From: Candidatus Latescibacterota bacterium | GTDB taxonomy: Bacteria; Latescibacterota; UBA2968; UBA8231 | Direction: 5' to 3' | Assembly: GCA_965223905.1 (NCBI GenBank) | Contig: CBDCXV010000011.1 | Coordinates: forward strand, 1,152,001-1,216,000 | DNA length: 64,000 nucleotides | Translations under genes and position numbers: made by a program | Shown: one piece after another, positions 50,905-62,800 of the stretch | Layout: each line of letters opens with the position of its first letter | Position numbering within the stretch: the first letter of the stretch is position 1 | The notes under the pieces: model-generated | Database searches by the model: none | The model's input: only the letters and a program-made list of their open reading frames with translations | What the model was told of the DNA's origin: nothing

Positions 50905-51445
50905 GGGCTCCTTTTTAGTGATTTTTCGGGGCACGATACCTTCAAAACAGGCAGTTAGGGAGAACCACCTATGTCCAGCCCTCTTTCTGCTGGCCCGAGT
51001 TGTCCTTTGTGCAACGGGTACCTTTGTCCGCCAGAAGAAATTTCAGAAGAGTTGAAGAGGTTGAGCTTTGACCGAAACCTACCTGCTTCCGTGCGGGCTA
51101 CTCGCATTGTAAATATCGCCGCTCGGCATGGTGGAAGCTGGTGGTGTGCGGCAGTCCTGGGATATTCGACAGTGCTGAGGAGGCCAAAAGCGATGCACTG
51201 GAAAAACTGGCTGCTTTATCCTGCCAGATCGAACAACCAGTTGCGCACGCGCTTCATTGGGTACTGGAGAGCTTCGGGGAGCGGTGAGTGGCAGAGGGAA
51301 CCGAAAGGCGGGTCTTGACGAATCGGCAAAATGCAGGAGTGCTCTTTCCGGCTCAAGGGACTACGCTCGTGGGGCACAGTTCAACAGACGGACAAGAGAC
51401 TTCAGCCAATTGCCTGCCAACCTACTCGATTCCTCCTGCCACAAA

Positions 51446-51598
51446 CTATCCGTCATCGTCGGCAGTTCTCTTTTCTTTTTCGGGATCTTCCTTCTCGCTG
51501 CAGGGGATGCATATGTGCTCGCCGGGGGTGGGCATATAGAACAGGTGATATGGCCTGATTTCCTGACCGCATACACAGCAGACCGGCTTGAATACCAT
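51446..51598 (-). CDS. Small zinc-ribbon-like protein
   Basis: CCVC...CIPC; second copy starts at 49413. Confidence 0.5.
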   Translation of the reverse strand: MVFKPVCCVCGQEIRPYHLFYMPTPGEHICIPCSEKEDPEKEKRTADDDG

Positions 51599-51600
51599 TT

Positions 51601-51813
51601 TTACGACCCAGCTTTGTAGGACAGGCGTAAACCATTTTCCTGGTGATGGATGATCGCCCCCATGAGACAGAGATACCTTTCCGGCATCGTTCGCTTCCCC
51701 TTCTCCCACAGGCACACTTCGGCCTCACTGACTCCAAGGGCGATGCCCAGCTCCCACTGCTTCATGCCCAAGGCGTCTCTCGCCCTTTTCAGCTGGTCTT
51801 GCTTCATCTTCAT
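51601..51813 (-). CDS. XRE-family HTH regulator (intact copy)
   Basis: LKRARDALGMKQWELGIALGVSEAEVCLWEKGKR; GGAG RBS. Confidence 0.88.
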   Translation of the reverse strand: MKMKQDQLKRARDALGMKQWELGIALGVSEAEVCLWEKGKRTMPERYLCLMGAIIHHQENGLRLSYKAGS

Positions 51814-51834
51814 TCTCCATTATTCGGGGTTGTT

Positions 51835-51926
51835 TGTCGGTGACCACCGACAGAAGGACACAGAACCGGCCCTGAGACAGCCTGACGGGGCCGGGTGTTG
51901 ACAGGGTATTCGTGTTCCGGTAGGAT
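51835..51926 (+). promoter_or_regulatory. Palindromic operator plus sigma70 promoter
   Basis: TGTCGGTGACCACCGACA 51835-51852; TTGACA 51898-51903, 17-bp spacer, TAGGAT 51921-51926. Confidence 0.75.
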
Positions 51927-52257
51927 CAGGACTGGAGGGTGGAAATACCGTTGCAGAATTCAGCGAGCCGGTAAGGGCAACTGCGTTGACTCGCTAACTT
52001 GCCGTTTTCTGCAAGAAGGGTCGGTATGGACTCAGCGTGAGATTAGGGAAACGGAGAACGACAGAAGGAAAGCCGGGTCCCGGGTCGCCTCTGTCCGGAG
52101 GTGCTGGCGGAGTTGGATACCGTGATTCGGATGCAGTCTTTCGGATTCCTGAAGCGCGCCGAGCAGGTCCTGCAGTGAGGGAAATAAACGTCTTTCTCTA
52201 TTATGTTATACCAGATTTTCAGCGAAATCGCGCTTTTGAATCGGTATTCTACCGCTC

Positions 52258-52767
52258 ATGGACGCTATGATACAGAGCGCAGCTGGACTGCGGTCCGTTG
52301 GGGAGGAGCTGTGGCGTGAAGGCACATCTTCCGATCCCGGGACCGACAGGTTCTACGGTAGCCTGCAAGCTGCGCCCATTCTTCTGGCTCTTGGAATCGA
52401 GCTTGCATTGAAAGGATGGATCTACCGGGAGTCGAAGTGCGAACCCCCGTATATACACGACCTGCTCTGCTTATTCGAAAAGCTGGAACATGAAACCCAG
52501 GAACTGCTCGAAGATGCGTTTCAGCGTAACCGAGGCGCTGGAACTCCAGATGATCCGATTCACGAAATGGGAATACCGAAGAGTCGGCTAGAAGCACTGA
52601 CGGCAAGGGATCTTACTTGCCCGCGTCTGTCGTCTCTGAGAGAGGTTCTCGAAGAACACCGTAACCTGTTCGTAAACTATCGGTATCCGTACGAGAGAAC
52701 GCGCGAGCGCCCTTATCCTGGCGTTTTGAACAGAGTCCTGGTTGTGCTCATAGAGACCTACTGGTAG
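52258..52767 (+). CDS. HEPN-domain-like protein
   Basis: LALGIELALKG, HDLLCLFEKL, FVNYRYPYE. Confidence 0.7.
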   Translation: MDAMIQSAAGLRSVGEELWREGTSSDPGTDRFYGSLQAAPILLALGIELALKGWIYRESKCEPPYIHDLLCLFEKLEHETQELLEDAFQRNRGAGTPDDPIHEMGIPKSRLEALTARDLTCPRLSSLREVLEEHRNLFVNYRYPYERTRERPYPGVLNRVLVVLIETYW

Positions 52768-52949
52768 ACTTTATTTATTGACAGAGGGGGCAGACAATCG
52801 GAAGTGTCCAGGAATCTGGAGACTGTCACATAGATGCGTAGCTAGTACGAGCCACCTCTGACCGATCCGACCTAAAGCTGCGAATTGCTAACACGAAAGT
52901 CATCGCGGTCTTGCGATACTGACTTGGGCCTCATCCTATCCGGAAAGAT

Positions 52950-53150
52950 CGTGAATACTGACAGGAGTAAGGCCGTAATTGAAATTGCACCCCAGGTTGT
53001 CAGAATAGAAACTGCACATGGCTACCGCACTGGATTCATCTGTTACGCTGGTGAGCCTCTGCGTACTGTGGCAACGGCTTACCATGTCATAGACAATGCC
53101 GCAAACATCCCCTTATTTCCTGGCGAAGCAGTGAAAAAAACAAAACATCT
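52950..53150 (+). pseudogene. Trypsin-like serine protease N-terminal fragment
   Basis: VVRIET...TGFI...VATAYHVI, then truncated. Confidence 0.5.
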
Positions 53151-53174
53151 CGGTAATCGTGGGAATTTCCCAAA

Positions 53175-54751
53175 TTGTTGTTCGATGAGGAGGACATGAT
53201 GGAATTTGAACAGGAAATGTTTGATGAACTTGGAGCTTTATGTAGATCAAAGGGATTTATTCATGTAATTCCATACTTCTATTTTAGAGACCATGTAATT
53301 GCCTATAACGAAAATGGATTGACTCCAGAAAATCTGGGGAATCTATATTCTTGGTCACGAATCACCCGAGCAGAAATAAACCTATTAATAGGATTGATTT
53401 TGCGCGGCCCTATAGACTTCTCCTTGCCAAGTCCTCACAAACTATCGGAGTACCTGAAACGCAGCGAAGAGATTTTAGGCAGTATACATACTTATAGCAC
53501 TCGGCCTAATAGCACTCGGCAAAAAATGGATAATGACACTCGGCCAAGTGATCTAAGAGATATCGGAGATTCTATAGGGAAGGATTTGAAAGGTTCCGAT
53601 TGGATTCGTGAGGCATCGTTTTATGCTATAGGCATACGTATCGTAACGTCAAAATATATAGTCATCGTAATAGAAAAACAGAGTTAGGAGAAATTGATGT
53701 CCTGGTTGTCTTTGGGCATCTTGCGATTGTCCTTCAATGCAAGTCAAAAAGGCTTACGCTTAAGGCGCGAAGTGGGGACACCAAAGCCTTTCAGAAAGAT
53801 TTTGCGGGAGCAATAGGAGGTGCGGTCAATCAGGCATATTCATGTGCAGAATTGCTTTTCGACTCTTCTGTCGTTCTGGTAGATAATCAGGACACGGTAA
53901 TCGAAATAGATACACCGCTAACTACTGTCTATCCTTTGACTGCGGTTTCTGATCATTTTCCAGGGTTGGCATTTCAGGTATGGAATCATCTGGACTTCAA
54001 ACCCACTGACAAGACACCTGCTCCATTTGTCACAGACATATTTACCCTTGATATAATAACTGAATTCTTGGATTCTCCTCTCAAGATTCTGAGTTACCTT
54101 AGACTCCATGCCAGGTTTTATGACCGGATGCTTGCTGATCATGAGATCGTAGTATTGGGATATCACCTTGAGAATAACTTGTGGATTAATGAAAAATGGG
54201 ATAGTGTTTATTTTGAGCCAAGTTTTTGTAGCTGCATCGATATAGCAGTAGCGGCAAGAAAACACGGAATGCCAGGCCCCAAGACTCCTGAGGGGATTCT
54301 TACTTGGTTCGACGGAACAATATTCGAAGAGATAATTCCTGAAATAGAAGGCAATCCTACCCCGGAATTGATAGAATTTGGGCTTTTTCTGCTTCAGTTT
54401 GGAAAGGCAGGAATAGTCAATATTAATAACCAGGGGACTCGCATATTAGAGATCACAAGGAAAGACAAAAAGATACACGGGTTTTCTGTTCCTTTTGAAT
54501 CTGAATCGAAAGGATTGACGATTAACTGTGGTGTTTCTGATAAGGAATCGGCTGAATGGCTGTGGCAATTTTGCCTTGGTCGCAAATACGCCAGTCGTTT
54601 TGATTATTGGTTTGGTGTATCTCTTTATCCTGACGGGTCTCCACGCTTGGCCATTGCCCTGGATGACCCTTGGGAATATGATGAGAATATGGAAGAATTA
54701 ATTTCAGAAATGCCGACAGATGCCGTGTCTTTAATATCGGATACTAAATAA
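53175..54751 (+). pseudogene. Disrupted PD-(D/E)XK (NERD-like) nuclease-domain protein
   Basis: GEIDVLVVF...LQCKSKRLT...DF..AI..AVNQAYSC upstream of and in frame with ORF 53852-54751; frame break near 53640-53690. Confidence 0.6.
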
Positions 54752-55161
54752 AGACTTATGGTTCATTTACGATTCTCGGTTTTGTTCTCCCTTTTTGTAC
54801 AGTGATGGTAATTCCCTGACACTCCTCCCCTGCTCCGGGGTAGTTGTTCAGGCCGCGCAGCGTGGTCATGCCGTTCATGTTGCGGCCTGATGAGGTGGTT
54901 GCCCCAGGCGGTATCCTCCTCGGCGAAGCCCTTCCCACCACCGAGGAACAGCGCAACCAGGTCGTATCCCTCCAGCGATATCCTCGACCCGCAATTTCCT
55001 GAACCTCCCAGATACACCGGTCCTGACCGACCCCCCAGCGACAGCTTGCAGACCCAGGGGATCATACGGAGCCTCGTTCCCGCATCCGCTCCTCTCTCGC
55101 TTCCAGAAATTAAAGTTTTCTCCGTCACTACCGGATTCCTTCGACTAAAGTTTCCCCCGAT

Positions 55162-55262
55162 TTGCTTTTTTAGAAAATCCGGGTACACTAATGATAAATC
55201 GAAAAGGAATCCGTCAGGATCCGCTGCCGCTTCTCTGTCCCTTCTGTCGGTGCACGCCGACA
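55162..55262 (+). promoter_or_regulatory. Possible transposase promoter and palindromic operator
   Basis: TTGCTT, 16-bp spacer, TACACT (55162-55189); TGTCGGTGCACGCCGACA at 55245-55262. Confidence 0.55.
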
Positions 55263-55370
55263 GGTCACTTTCCCACTAACCGAAAGGAATCCTATGGGAG
55301 CGTGAATCACAATATTTTATGAGGGCCGCTGGTCTCAAGTTCGGTATTCCACGGCTCGAAGGTAATCAGA

Positions 55371-56381
55371 ATGAATAACGGTATCGATAATGGCATCGAA
55401 TTAACCCTAAAATTTCCAGACAATGCAACCGCAGAAGAATGGCTCGAAAAGGTCATATGGAGACGAGGCTTGCACTGTCCTCGCTGCGGGTGCTACGGCA
55501 TGATATCGGAGTGTCCGGACCGAAAACCCCAGAAGTATTGGTGCGGCGACTGTCGAAAACACTTCAGCGTTCGCACCGAAACCGTAATGTCCCACTCCAA
55601 GATCCCTTTGGAGAAATGGGCCACCGCCTTCTACTTGCACGTATCCGATCCGAAGGGAATCAACGCCATGCAGCTGAGCCGCAAACTCAAACTCAATTAT
55701 CGGTCGGCGTGGTTCATGCTGCATCGCATCCGGGAAGGATGGTCGGATCAGGAACCGCTGCGCAGCAGGATAGCCGAGATAGACGAAGCCTATTTCGGCG
55801 GAGACGATAAAAAGAAACACCGCAACAAGAAGTTCCACAAGCAATGGAGGTATGGTAATACCGCCGTGGCCGGAATGGTTGACCGGGAAACCGGGAACGT
55901 GGCCGCCAAAGTGATCCTCACTTCGGATCGCGAGACCTTGTTCCCCTTCGCAGAGGAACACCTATGTCCAGAGGGCACCCTAAACAGCGACAATGGCCCG
56001 GCTTATGGTGGCGGCTTCGGGTGGCCGGGAAGACACGAAACCGTCAACCACAAGAATGAATTCGTCAGAGGGGATGTCCATACGAACAGCATTGAATCGT
56101 TCTGGGCTCTGGCGAAACGAATCTATCGCGGGATCTATCACCACATATCTCCCAAGTATTTTCCCCGATACCTCAACGAGATGGCAGGGAGGTACAATAC
56201 CAGAGGAATGGATATCCTGGAACAGATGGAACTGCTTGCTTCCGGGATTGTGGGGAAACGGCTGACGTACCGGGATCTGGTGGACACGGAGGTCCCTCCG
56301 GTTCCCTTCACTCATCATCGATGGAAGGAGGGCGAACCCTTCCGAAAAGTCAGCAAGGTGAAAAACCCCGGTGAAATCTAA
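55371..56381 (+). CDS. IS1595-family transposase (terminal copy)
   Basis: CPRCG, YWCGDC, EIDEAYFGG, LNSDNG, HTNSIESFW, YFPRYLNE. Confidence 0.93.
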   Translation: MNNGIDNGIELTLKFPDNATAEEWLEKVIWRRGLHCPRCGCYGMISECPDRKPQKYWCGDCRKHFSVRTETVMSHSKIPLEKWATAFYLHVSDPKGINAMQLSRKLKLNYRSAWFMLHRIREGWSDQEPLRSRIAEIDEAYFGGDDKKKHRNKKFHKQWRYGNTAVAGMVDRETGNVAAKVILTSDRETLFPFAEEHLCPEGTLNSDNGPAYGGGFGWPGRHETVNHKNEFVRGDVHTNSIESFWALAKRIYRGIYHHISPKYFPRYLNEMAGRYNTRGMDILEQMELLASGIVGKRLTYRDLVDTEVPPVPFTHHRWKEGEPFRKVSKVKNPGEI

Positions 56382-56520
56382 GACCGCAACAGAGGCCATA
56401 CTTCGGTTTCCTGCTCGTCCCGGATGCAGGGATGCTCTCCGGGTCCATGAAGACCTTCTCGCTGGGTACCCCGTCTTGCGCATCGGGGGTCGAACTGAGT
56501 CTGTCGATGGAGCGGCAAAA

Positions 56521-56810
56521 TCTTTTCGAATAGTCAGCAAGATGACAACCGCTGCCTGCTCCCGTCAACCTGCAATCGAGGAATCAGCTTTCCCTCCTTG
56601 CTCGCTTGTCAACCAAACGGAATGATTCCTCACCCCGGCGGCTTAACCCGTGGTGTCAATCTGACATTCTTCCATGTTCGGGGCTAAACACTTTGAGGAC
56701 CTGGATGTCCTTCTCTCTGGTATTTTCTCTACTATATTATACCAGATTTTCTTTAAATTCGCGGATGAGATTACTAAAGTTGTGCTTGCGTAGTTATCTA
56801 TATAATTCCC
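56521..56810. repeat. Right long terminal inverted repeat
   Basis: Inverted match to 30940-31233. Confidence 0.9.
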
Positions 56811-59800
56811 AACGCCACCGACTCGTCGACCCGGTCGGCATCCTGAGTCGCCGTGATCGAAAACGACTGAGAGGTCGTGCTGCCCGAAAACGACAGCGTG
56901 TCTTCCACCCCCGGCCACGTCGCCGTGTAGTCGCCCGACTCAGGAGCTCTCGTGATCGGGATCTTCACCAACCGCTCCGCCGCCGCCGACAGCGACACCG
57001 TCACCGCCACCGACTCGCCCCCTTCGACGGCCTCATACGACGAGCGGCCGAACGTGACCGTCAGCCGCCGGGGTGCAACCAACTCGGCGTACTCCCTGGC
57101 CGCCACCTTGCCGGACCCGTGCGCGTCCGCGTAGTAGACGCGGGCGCTCAGCAACAACCCGGCGTCCCCTGACACCGGCCGGTAGGTCGTGTCCGACGCC
57201 ACGCGCTGGTGAGCGCGGCCGCCGGGGCCCGGCTGCCGCGTCTGGCCACTGCCAGACCGCGCCGGTCACACCCCCGTCCGGGTCTCTCAGCTGCGCCCTC
57301 AGCTGATGACCGACCTGGGGCGACGTCGGCGGCGCCAGGGAGACCACGCCCGGATCGTCCTCGTTGGTGATGCGAACGGACACGCCCAACGTCGTATCCG
57401 CTGCCGGCGGCCCGGCGGTGCGGGCCCCCACGATCACGCTCCAGACGGTGTCCCCGTCAGCGTCCTTCGGGTGTTCGTAGTCCGGTTCCTTCGTGAAGCG
57501 CAATTCGCCGTCATCCTCGTCAATGGCCAGCGTGTCGCCGGCATCGGCCCCCGACAGCGTCCAACTCACCCCCGTGGCCGCCGTGCCGTCCGTGTACCGG
57601 GCCACGTAGGGTGCCACCAGGCCCGTGGCTCGCTCCGCGAACGTCGTGTCGGCCGCGCCCAGAATCTCCAGCCGCCGGACAGGAGGCGGGGGAGCTGTCG
57701 CAACGACCGGATGCGTTTCACCGCTCTGCGCGCTCTTGCGGTCCTCCTCGTCGGCGCTTGCCCCGTCCAGGTAGGAGGCGGTCACCCGCAGCCGCTTCCC
57801 CACATCGTCCTCCGTCGGCGTGTAATAGACATATCCCGGATAGGTGGAGGGAGGCGTCCGCGTTTCCTCATCCGTGGTGGTGGGCTCCCAGCCCGACGAG
57901 CCCAGACGCTGCCACTGCTGCGAACGCACGTCCACGTTCCCGTCCGGGTCGGTGAGCGTCCCCCTCACCCGCACGTCCACCTGGGGCGTCCCCGTGAGAA
58001 ACTCGATCCGGCCGGGCCCCTCGTCCACGTTGGTCACCGTCACCTGAACGGTCAGCGGATTCGACAACAGCGATCCGTCGCTCGTGCGCAGGCTGACCTC
58101 GTAGACGTCGTTGCGGTCCGCGTCGGCGGTGCCCTCGAAATCGGGGAAGTCCGGCCTGTCGGCGAAATACAGCGTGTCGCCGCTGATCCGGAAATGAGCC
58201 GCATCCGGGCCTTCTTTCTGCAACCTGAGCACGTCGTCCGGATTCGGGTCGGTCAGCCGGTAGGTGGCCACCGAGTCCTCCCGGTCCTCGGCGAACAACA
58301 CCGCGGTGGGACCGTCCGGAGGGTCCGGCGGCGAGTTGGTCGCCGGCTCCACCAGGGTCACCGCAGCGCCGGCCGGGGAGCCGGCGGTCACCTGCCAGGG
58401 CAGCGAACCGAACCCCAGCCTCACCCTCCCGTCGTCGCCGTCGCCGTCCGGTTTCGCCGTGATCGTGAACGTCCGCGCGGCGTCGCCGTTCGAGAAGGTC
58501 AGGGTGTTGCCGCTGCCCAGCCCGCCCAGGCTGTAGTCGTCCGACTCGGTGCCGGCTTCCCCGGTCGCCTCGATCGGAATGCCCAGCTGCCGGTCCGCGG
58601 CCGGTTCCATGCGCACCGTCACCGTCGCCGCAGCGCCCCCCTCGGCCGCCTGGTACGACTCGGCGCCGAAGAAGACCTGCGCATGAATCACCCGGGCGGT
58701 GGAATCGCTCTGCGCGCGCTTGTCCGGGCCGAGGGCATCCGCATAGCCGACCGTCGCCCGCAGCCGCTTGCCCGCATCCCCTGGTTGCGGCGTATAGCTG
58801 GTCAGCCCCGGATAGCGCCCCGCCGGCAGGGGGGGCTCCCACGCGTCCGTATCCCGGTCCCGGTGCTGCCAATGCCACCCGTCCACCCGGATGCCCCTAT
58901 CCTGATCGGTGAGCACCGCGGTCAGCGGCGTGCCCACCCGCGGCGACGACGAGATCAGGGTCACCTCGCCGGGATCGTCCACGTTGGTCACCCGCACCGA
59001 CACCGGCAAGGCCGCATCCGCCGCCGGCTGACCGTCGGCGTTGGCCTCCACCGTCACCTCGTAGACCGTGTCTCGGTTGGCGTCGGCCGGATTCTCGTAG
59101 TCCGGCGGCTCCTCGAAGCGGAGCCGGCCCGCATCGTCGATCGTCAGGGTGTCGGCATCGGCCCCCCCGAGGGACCAGGACACCGGCGCGACCGCCTGCC
59201 CGTCCGCGGAGAGCGCCCGGTACGGGGCCACGACGCCCTCCCTCCTCTCGGCGAAGGTGGTATCCTGGGTGCCCACAATCACCAGGGCGCCGGTCGGGCG
59301 CTCGGCCAGGGTCAGGGTGGCGCGCGACGGCGTGCCCGCGCTCACCCCGGCCGGCAACGGCGTCCCGAACCCCAGACTCACCGTCTCGTCGTCTGAATCG
59401 GGATCCGCGTTCGCCTGAATCGCAAACGACTGCGCCGTGGCCCCCGACTCGAACCACAGCGTGTCGGCCACCCCCGGCCACGTCACCGTGTAGTCGCCTT
59501 CCTCGGTCTCCGAATCCGGGGTCACCGAAATCGGGATCTTCAGCGCCCGGTCCGTCTCCGGCGATACCGATACCGTCACCGATGCGGTGCCCCCTTCCCT
59601 CGCCGAATACGATTCCCTGTCGAACGAGACCGTCAGGTCCGCCGGCTCCGGGGATTCTGCCACCGGGCCGATGGCCGCGCTCGCGGCGCTCTTGTCCGGG
59701 CCGTGCCCGTCCGTGTAGCGCACCGTCGCCTGAAGATACTGCCCTGCATCGGCCGACACCGGCGTATACGCCGCCGCCGTGGCCCCCGAAACCGGCGTCC

Positions 59801-62800
59801 AGTCCGTCGCCTCTGGGGCCCGCCGATGCCACTGCCAGCCGCCGATCGACACCACGCCGTCGGCGTCGCTCAGCGTCGCCGTCAGCTCCGTGCCCACCTC
59901 CGCCGTCGCCGGTCTAACCGTCACCACCCCGGGCGTATCGTCGTCGTCGACCAGAGACACCGTGGCGCTGGACGGCGTGCCCGCAACCACCCCGGAAGGC
60001 AGATCGCGGAAACCCAACGTCACCTCTTCGTCGACCGTGTCTGCATCCTGACCCGCCGTGATCGTGAACGTCGCTTCGTCCGCCTCCGGTGCGAACGACA
60101 GCCCCCCGTCCGTCAGCCCGGCCACCGCGAAGTCCCCCGACGGGGGATTGACCGCAATCGGGATGCGCAGCGCCTGAGACGCCGGCGCCGACAGCCGCAC
60201 CGTCACCGTCGCCGCCTCCCCCCCTTCACTCGCCGAGTAGGACGACGCCCCGTAGGTGACCGTCACCGACGGCGGGGGAGGAGGAGGAGGAGGAGACCCC
60301 GCAGCCCGAGGCGTGGCCGTGACCCGGGCGAGGGCACTGGTCCCCACCCCGTTGACCGTCCGCACCTCGAAGGTGTACTCCAACCCGTTGGTCAAACCCT
60401 GCCAGCCCTCGCTGTACCCCGAGGTGAACCGACGCGGGTAATCCGACGAACTCGGGTCGACGGCCGTCTCGAACCACCGCTCACCGAACGGCCACAGCCT
60501 GGCCCCGTCGACCAGGCGGTACACCCGCGTGTCCCGGCGCGTGATCCCCGACCCGTTGTCCGACCCCAGTACAAACCGCAGCCGCACCCGGCCGTCCCCC
60601 TCCTCCACGCTCAATACCGGCGGGTCGGGAGCTCCAACCGGCGTCGCCGCCACCGAGGTGGAGTCGCTGTTCCCCGCCCCGTTGACCGCCCATAGCTCGA
60701 AGGTGTAGGCCGTGCCGTTGGTCAACTGATCGATCGTGTGACTCGTCGTCACCCCCAGAGTCCCCGGGGTCCAACTGCCGCCGCTGCCGTAGCGATACCC
60801 ATACCCCCTCAGCGCCGAACCGTTGTCCGTAAGCGGCGGATCCCACCTCAGATCCACCCGGGCGTTCCCCGCAGCCGCCTCCAGGTTCCGAGGCGCCGAA
60901 GGCACGCCCCCAGGCGTCGCCGACACGACGAACGATTCCGGACCCGTCTCCGCACCCAGAAGCGCCCGCACCTGAAACTCATACGACACCCCGTTGGTCA
61001 GACTCCCCACCTCAACCGCCGTCACCGTCGCCCCGGCGCCGGTCGGTTCCCAGCTGTCTCCATCCCAGGTGCCGTCTTCCTGCTTGTACCGGTACGACCA
61101 CCCCGTGATGCCTTCGATGCCGGCCGGCGCGTCCCAACTCAACCCGACCCCCCCGGCCCGCGCCTCGGCCCGCAAACCCAGCACCGTCACGGTGTTGGAC
61201 TTCGGACTCGGCTGCCCCTCCGGTCCGACCAGATACGCCCGGTACCAGTAGATCTTCCGGTTGTCTACCGCCGCCACCGGGGCCGAGATAGTCACCGTGC
61301 TCGACACCCGACCCCGCGCTTGGGTCGATCTCGTACCCGGAGAATCGGTGAGTGTCTCCTCGGTAACGAGGTCCCCGATATCGGCCCCGGTCAGCTCTAC
61401 ACACGTCTCGTCCCCATTCGTTTCAGTACAGCGCTCCAGCACCACATCCTCGAGGGAGAACAACAAGCCCTCGGTCGAGGACGGAGACTCCGGTTCCGAC
61501 TCCCGGAACGGAATCGGACCCGGAAAGGGGAACGATACCACGAACTGCATCCTCCCACTTTCCAGGAAGCGCACCCCAAGGACGGGCCCGGTCGGCCCCC
61601 ATTCCACAGGCTGGATCTCGACGCTGTGCGCCGACTTGTCCAGGGAAAGAACGAGTCCTTCGCTGCTGCTGAACGCGTCCCGGTAGCGCACCGTCGCCCG
61701 CAGAACCCGATCTACGTCCGAAGGCATGAGCCGGTACCCCCCGGGGGGAGGATCAAGTAGCGGATCCGTATCCGAATCATCATCATCATCGTCTTCCCAT
61801 GTCTCGCTGCCGGGCAGACGGCGCTGCCACGTCCACACCTCGTTCGTCACGGGAACATCCGGGTCCTCCAGCGCAGCCGTCACCACAAAACCCACCGTGG
61901 GCGTCGTCGTCGACAAGCTCACCGTGCCGGGATGGTCGACCCGCACGATCCGATAGAGCCGGGCGTCCCCGGCGGCCAGAGCCTGTCCGGTGACCGTGAC
62001 GTTGCCGCTGGCATCGGCCACCAGGGTACTGGAAGTGCCGTTGCTGACGCTGACGTCTTCAATCTGGTAAGACCCGCTCCCGCCAGCGACGGACGCCATC
62101 TGAGCCACATCGAAGCGCAGGTCGAGGGTCTGGCTGGTATCGGTGGCGCGGTTGACGACCAGGACATAATCGGCCTCGTCGCTGTGGAACTGGCCGAACT
62201 CCAGCCGCGCCGTACTGCCCGTCACCTGGTCGATCAGCGTCGTATCCGCCGACAGGCCGTTCTTGTCGTAGTTGGCGTCCCAGGTCAGCCGCCGGTACTC
62301 CCCCGGGGTGACCTCCGGGTAGAGTTCGTCCCCGATGACTTTCAGCTTCTGGTTGATCGTCTTGACCGTGTCAAACATGGGAGACTTCTTGCGGTTTTGC
62401 ACATCGTATGGCGAGAACCGCATCAAGCCGAAATACCAGTTTTGTCCCAATTTGTTCTCCGCCTCGGCTGCGTCCCAGTCGGCCTGGAAGTCGGATATGC
62501 AGGTTGGCATCTGGGACAAAGGATCGCGGTCGGCCAATTCATCCGCACATGAAGGGGCAGGAGGGGTTGTTGGTGGATTTGGTGACGGCACACCGGTCAT
62601 GACCCCAAGGCCATTGGTCGCGTGCGAGTAGTAGACGATACCGGTAGCCCCCCTCGCCAATGCCATGTACGCCTGCACCGAGAGCTCGGCCTTGTTGGGT
62701 CGGCGAAACCAAGAGGAATGGAGGGGCGCGGTTCCCCCCCCACTCGTATTTCTCTCCCCCGTCCAGCAATTATTATCTATCCATACAGGGTTCTCATTTT

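Larger units (their letters stand above)
51287..51990. repeat. XRE/operator/promoter module, copy B
   Basis: Direct repeat of 49101-50030. Confidence 0.9.
30940..56810. mobile_element. 25,871-bp transposon-like island bounded by IS1595-derived inverted ends
   Basis: Ends GGGAATTATATAGATAACTACGCAAGC are inverted; TSD AACGCCAC at 30932-30939 and 56811-56818; removal restores DESVALGFGDLP; lower GC than the flanks. Confidence 0.92.

Noticed and set aside
30940-56810. Prophage or ICE interpretation of the island
   Set aside because: No integrase, terminase, capsid, relaxase or T4SS genes; the ends are inverted repeats with a TSD.
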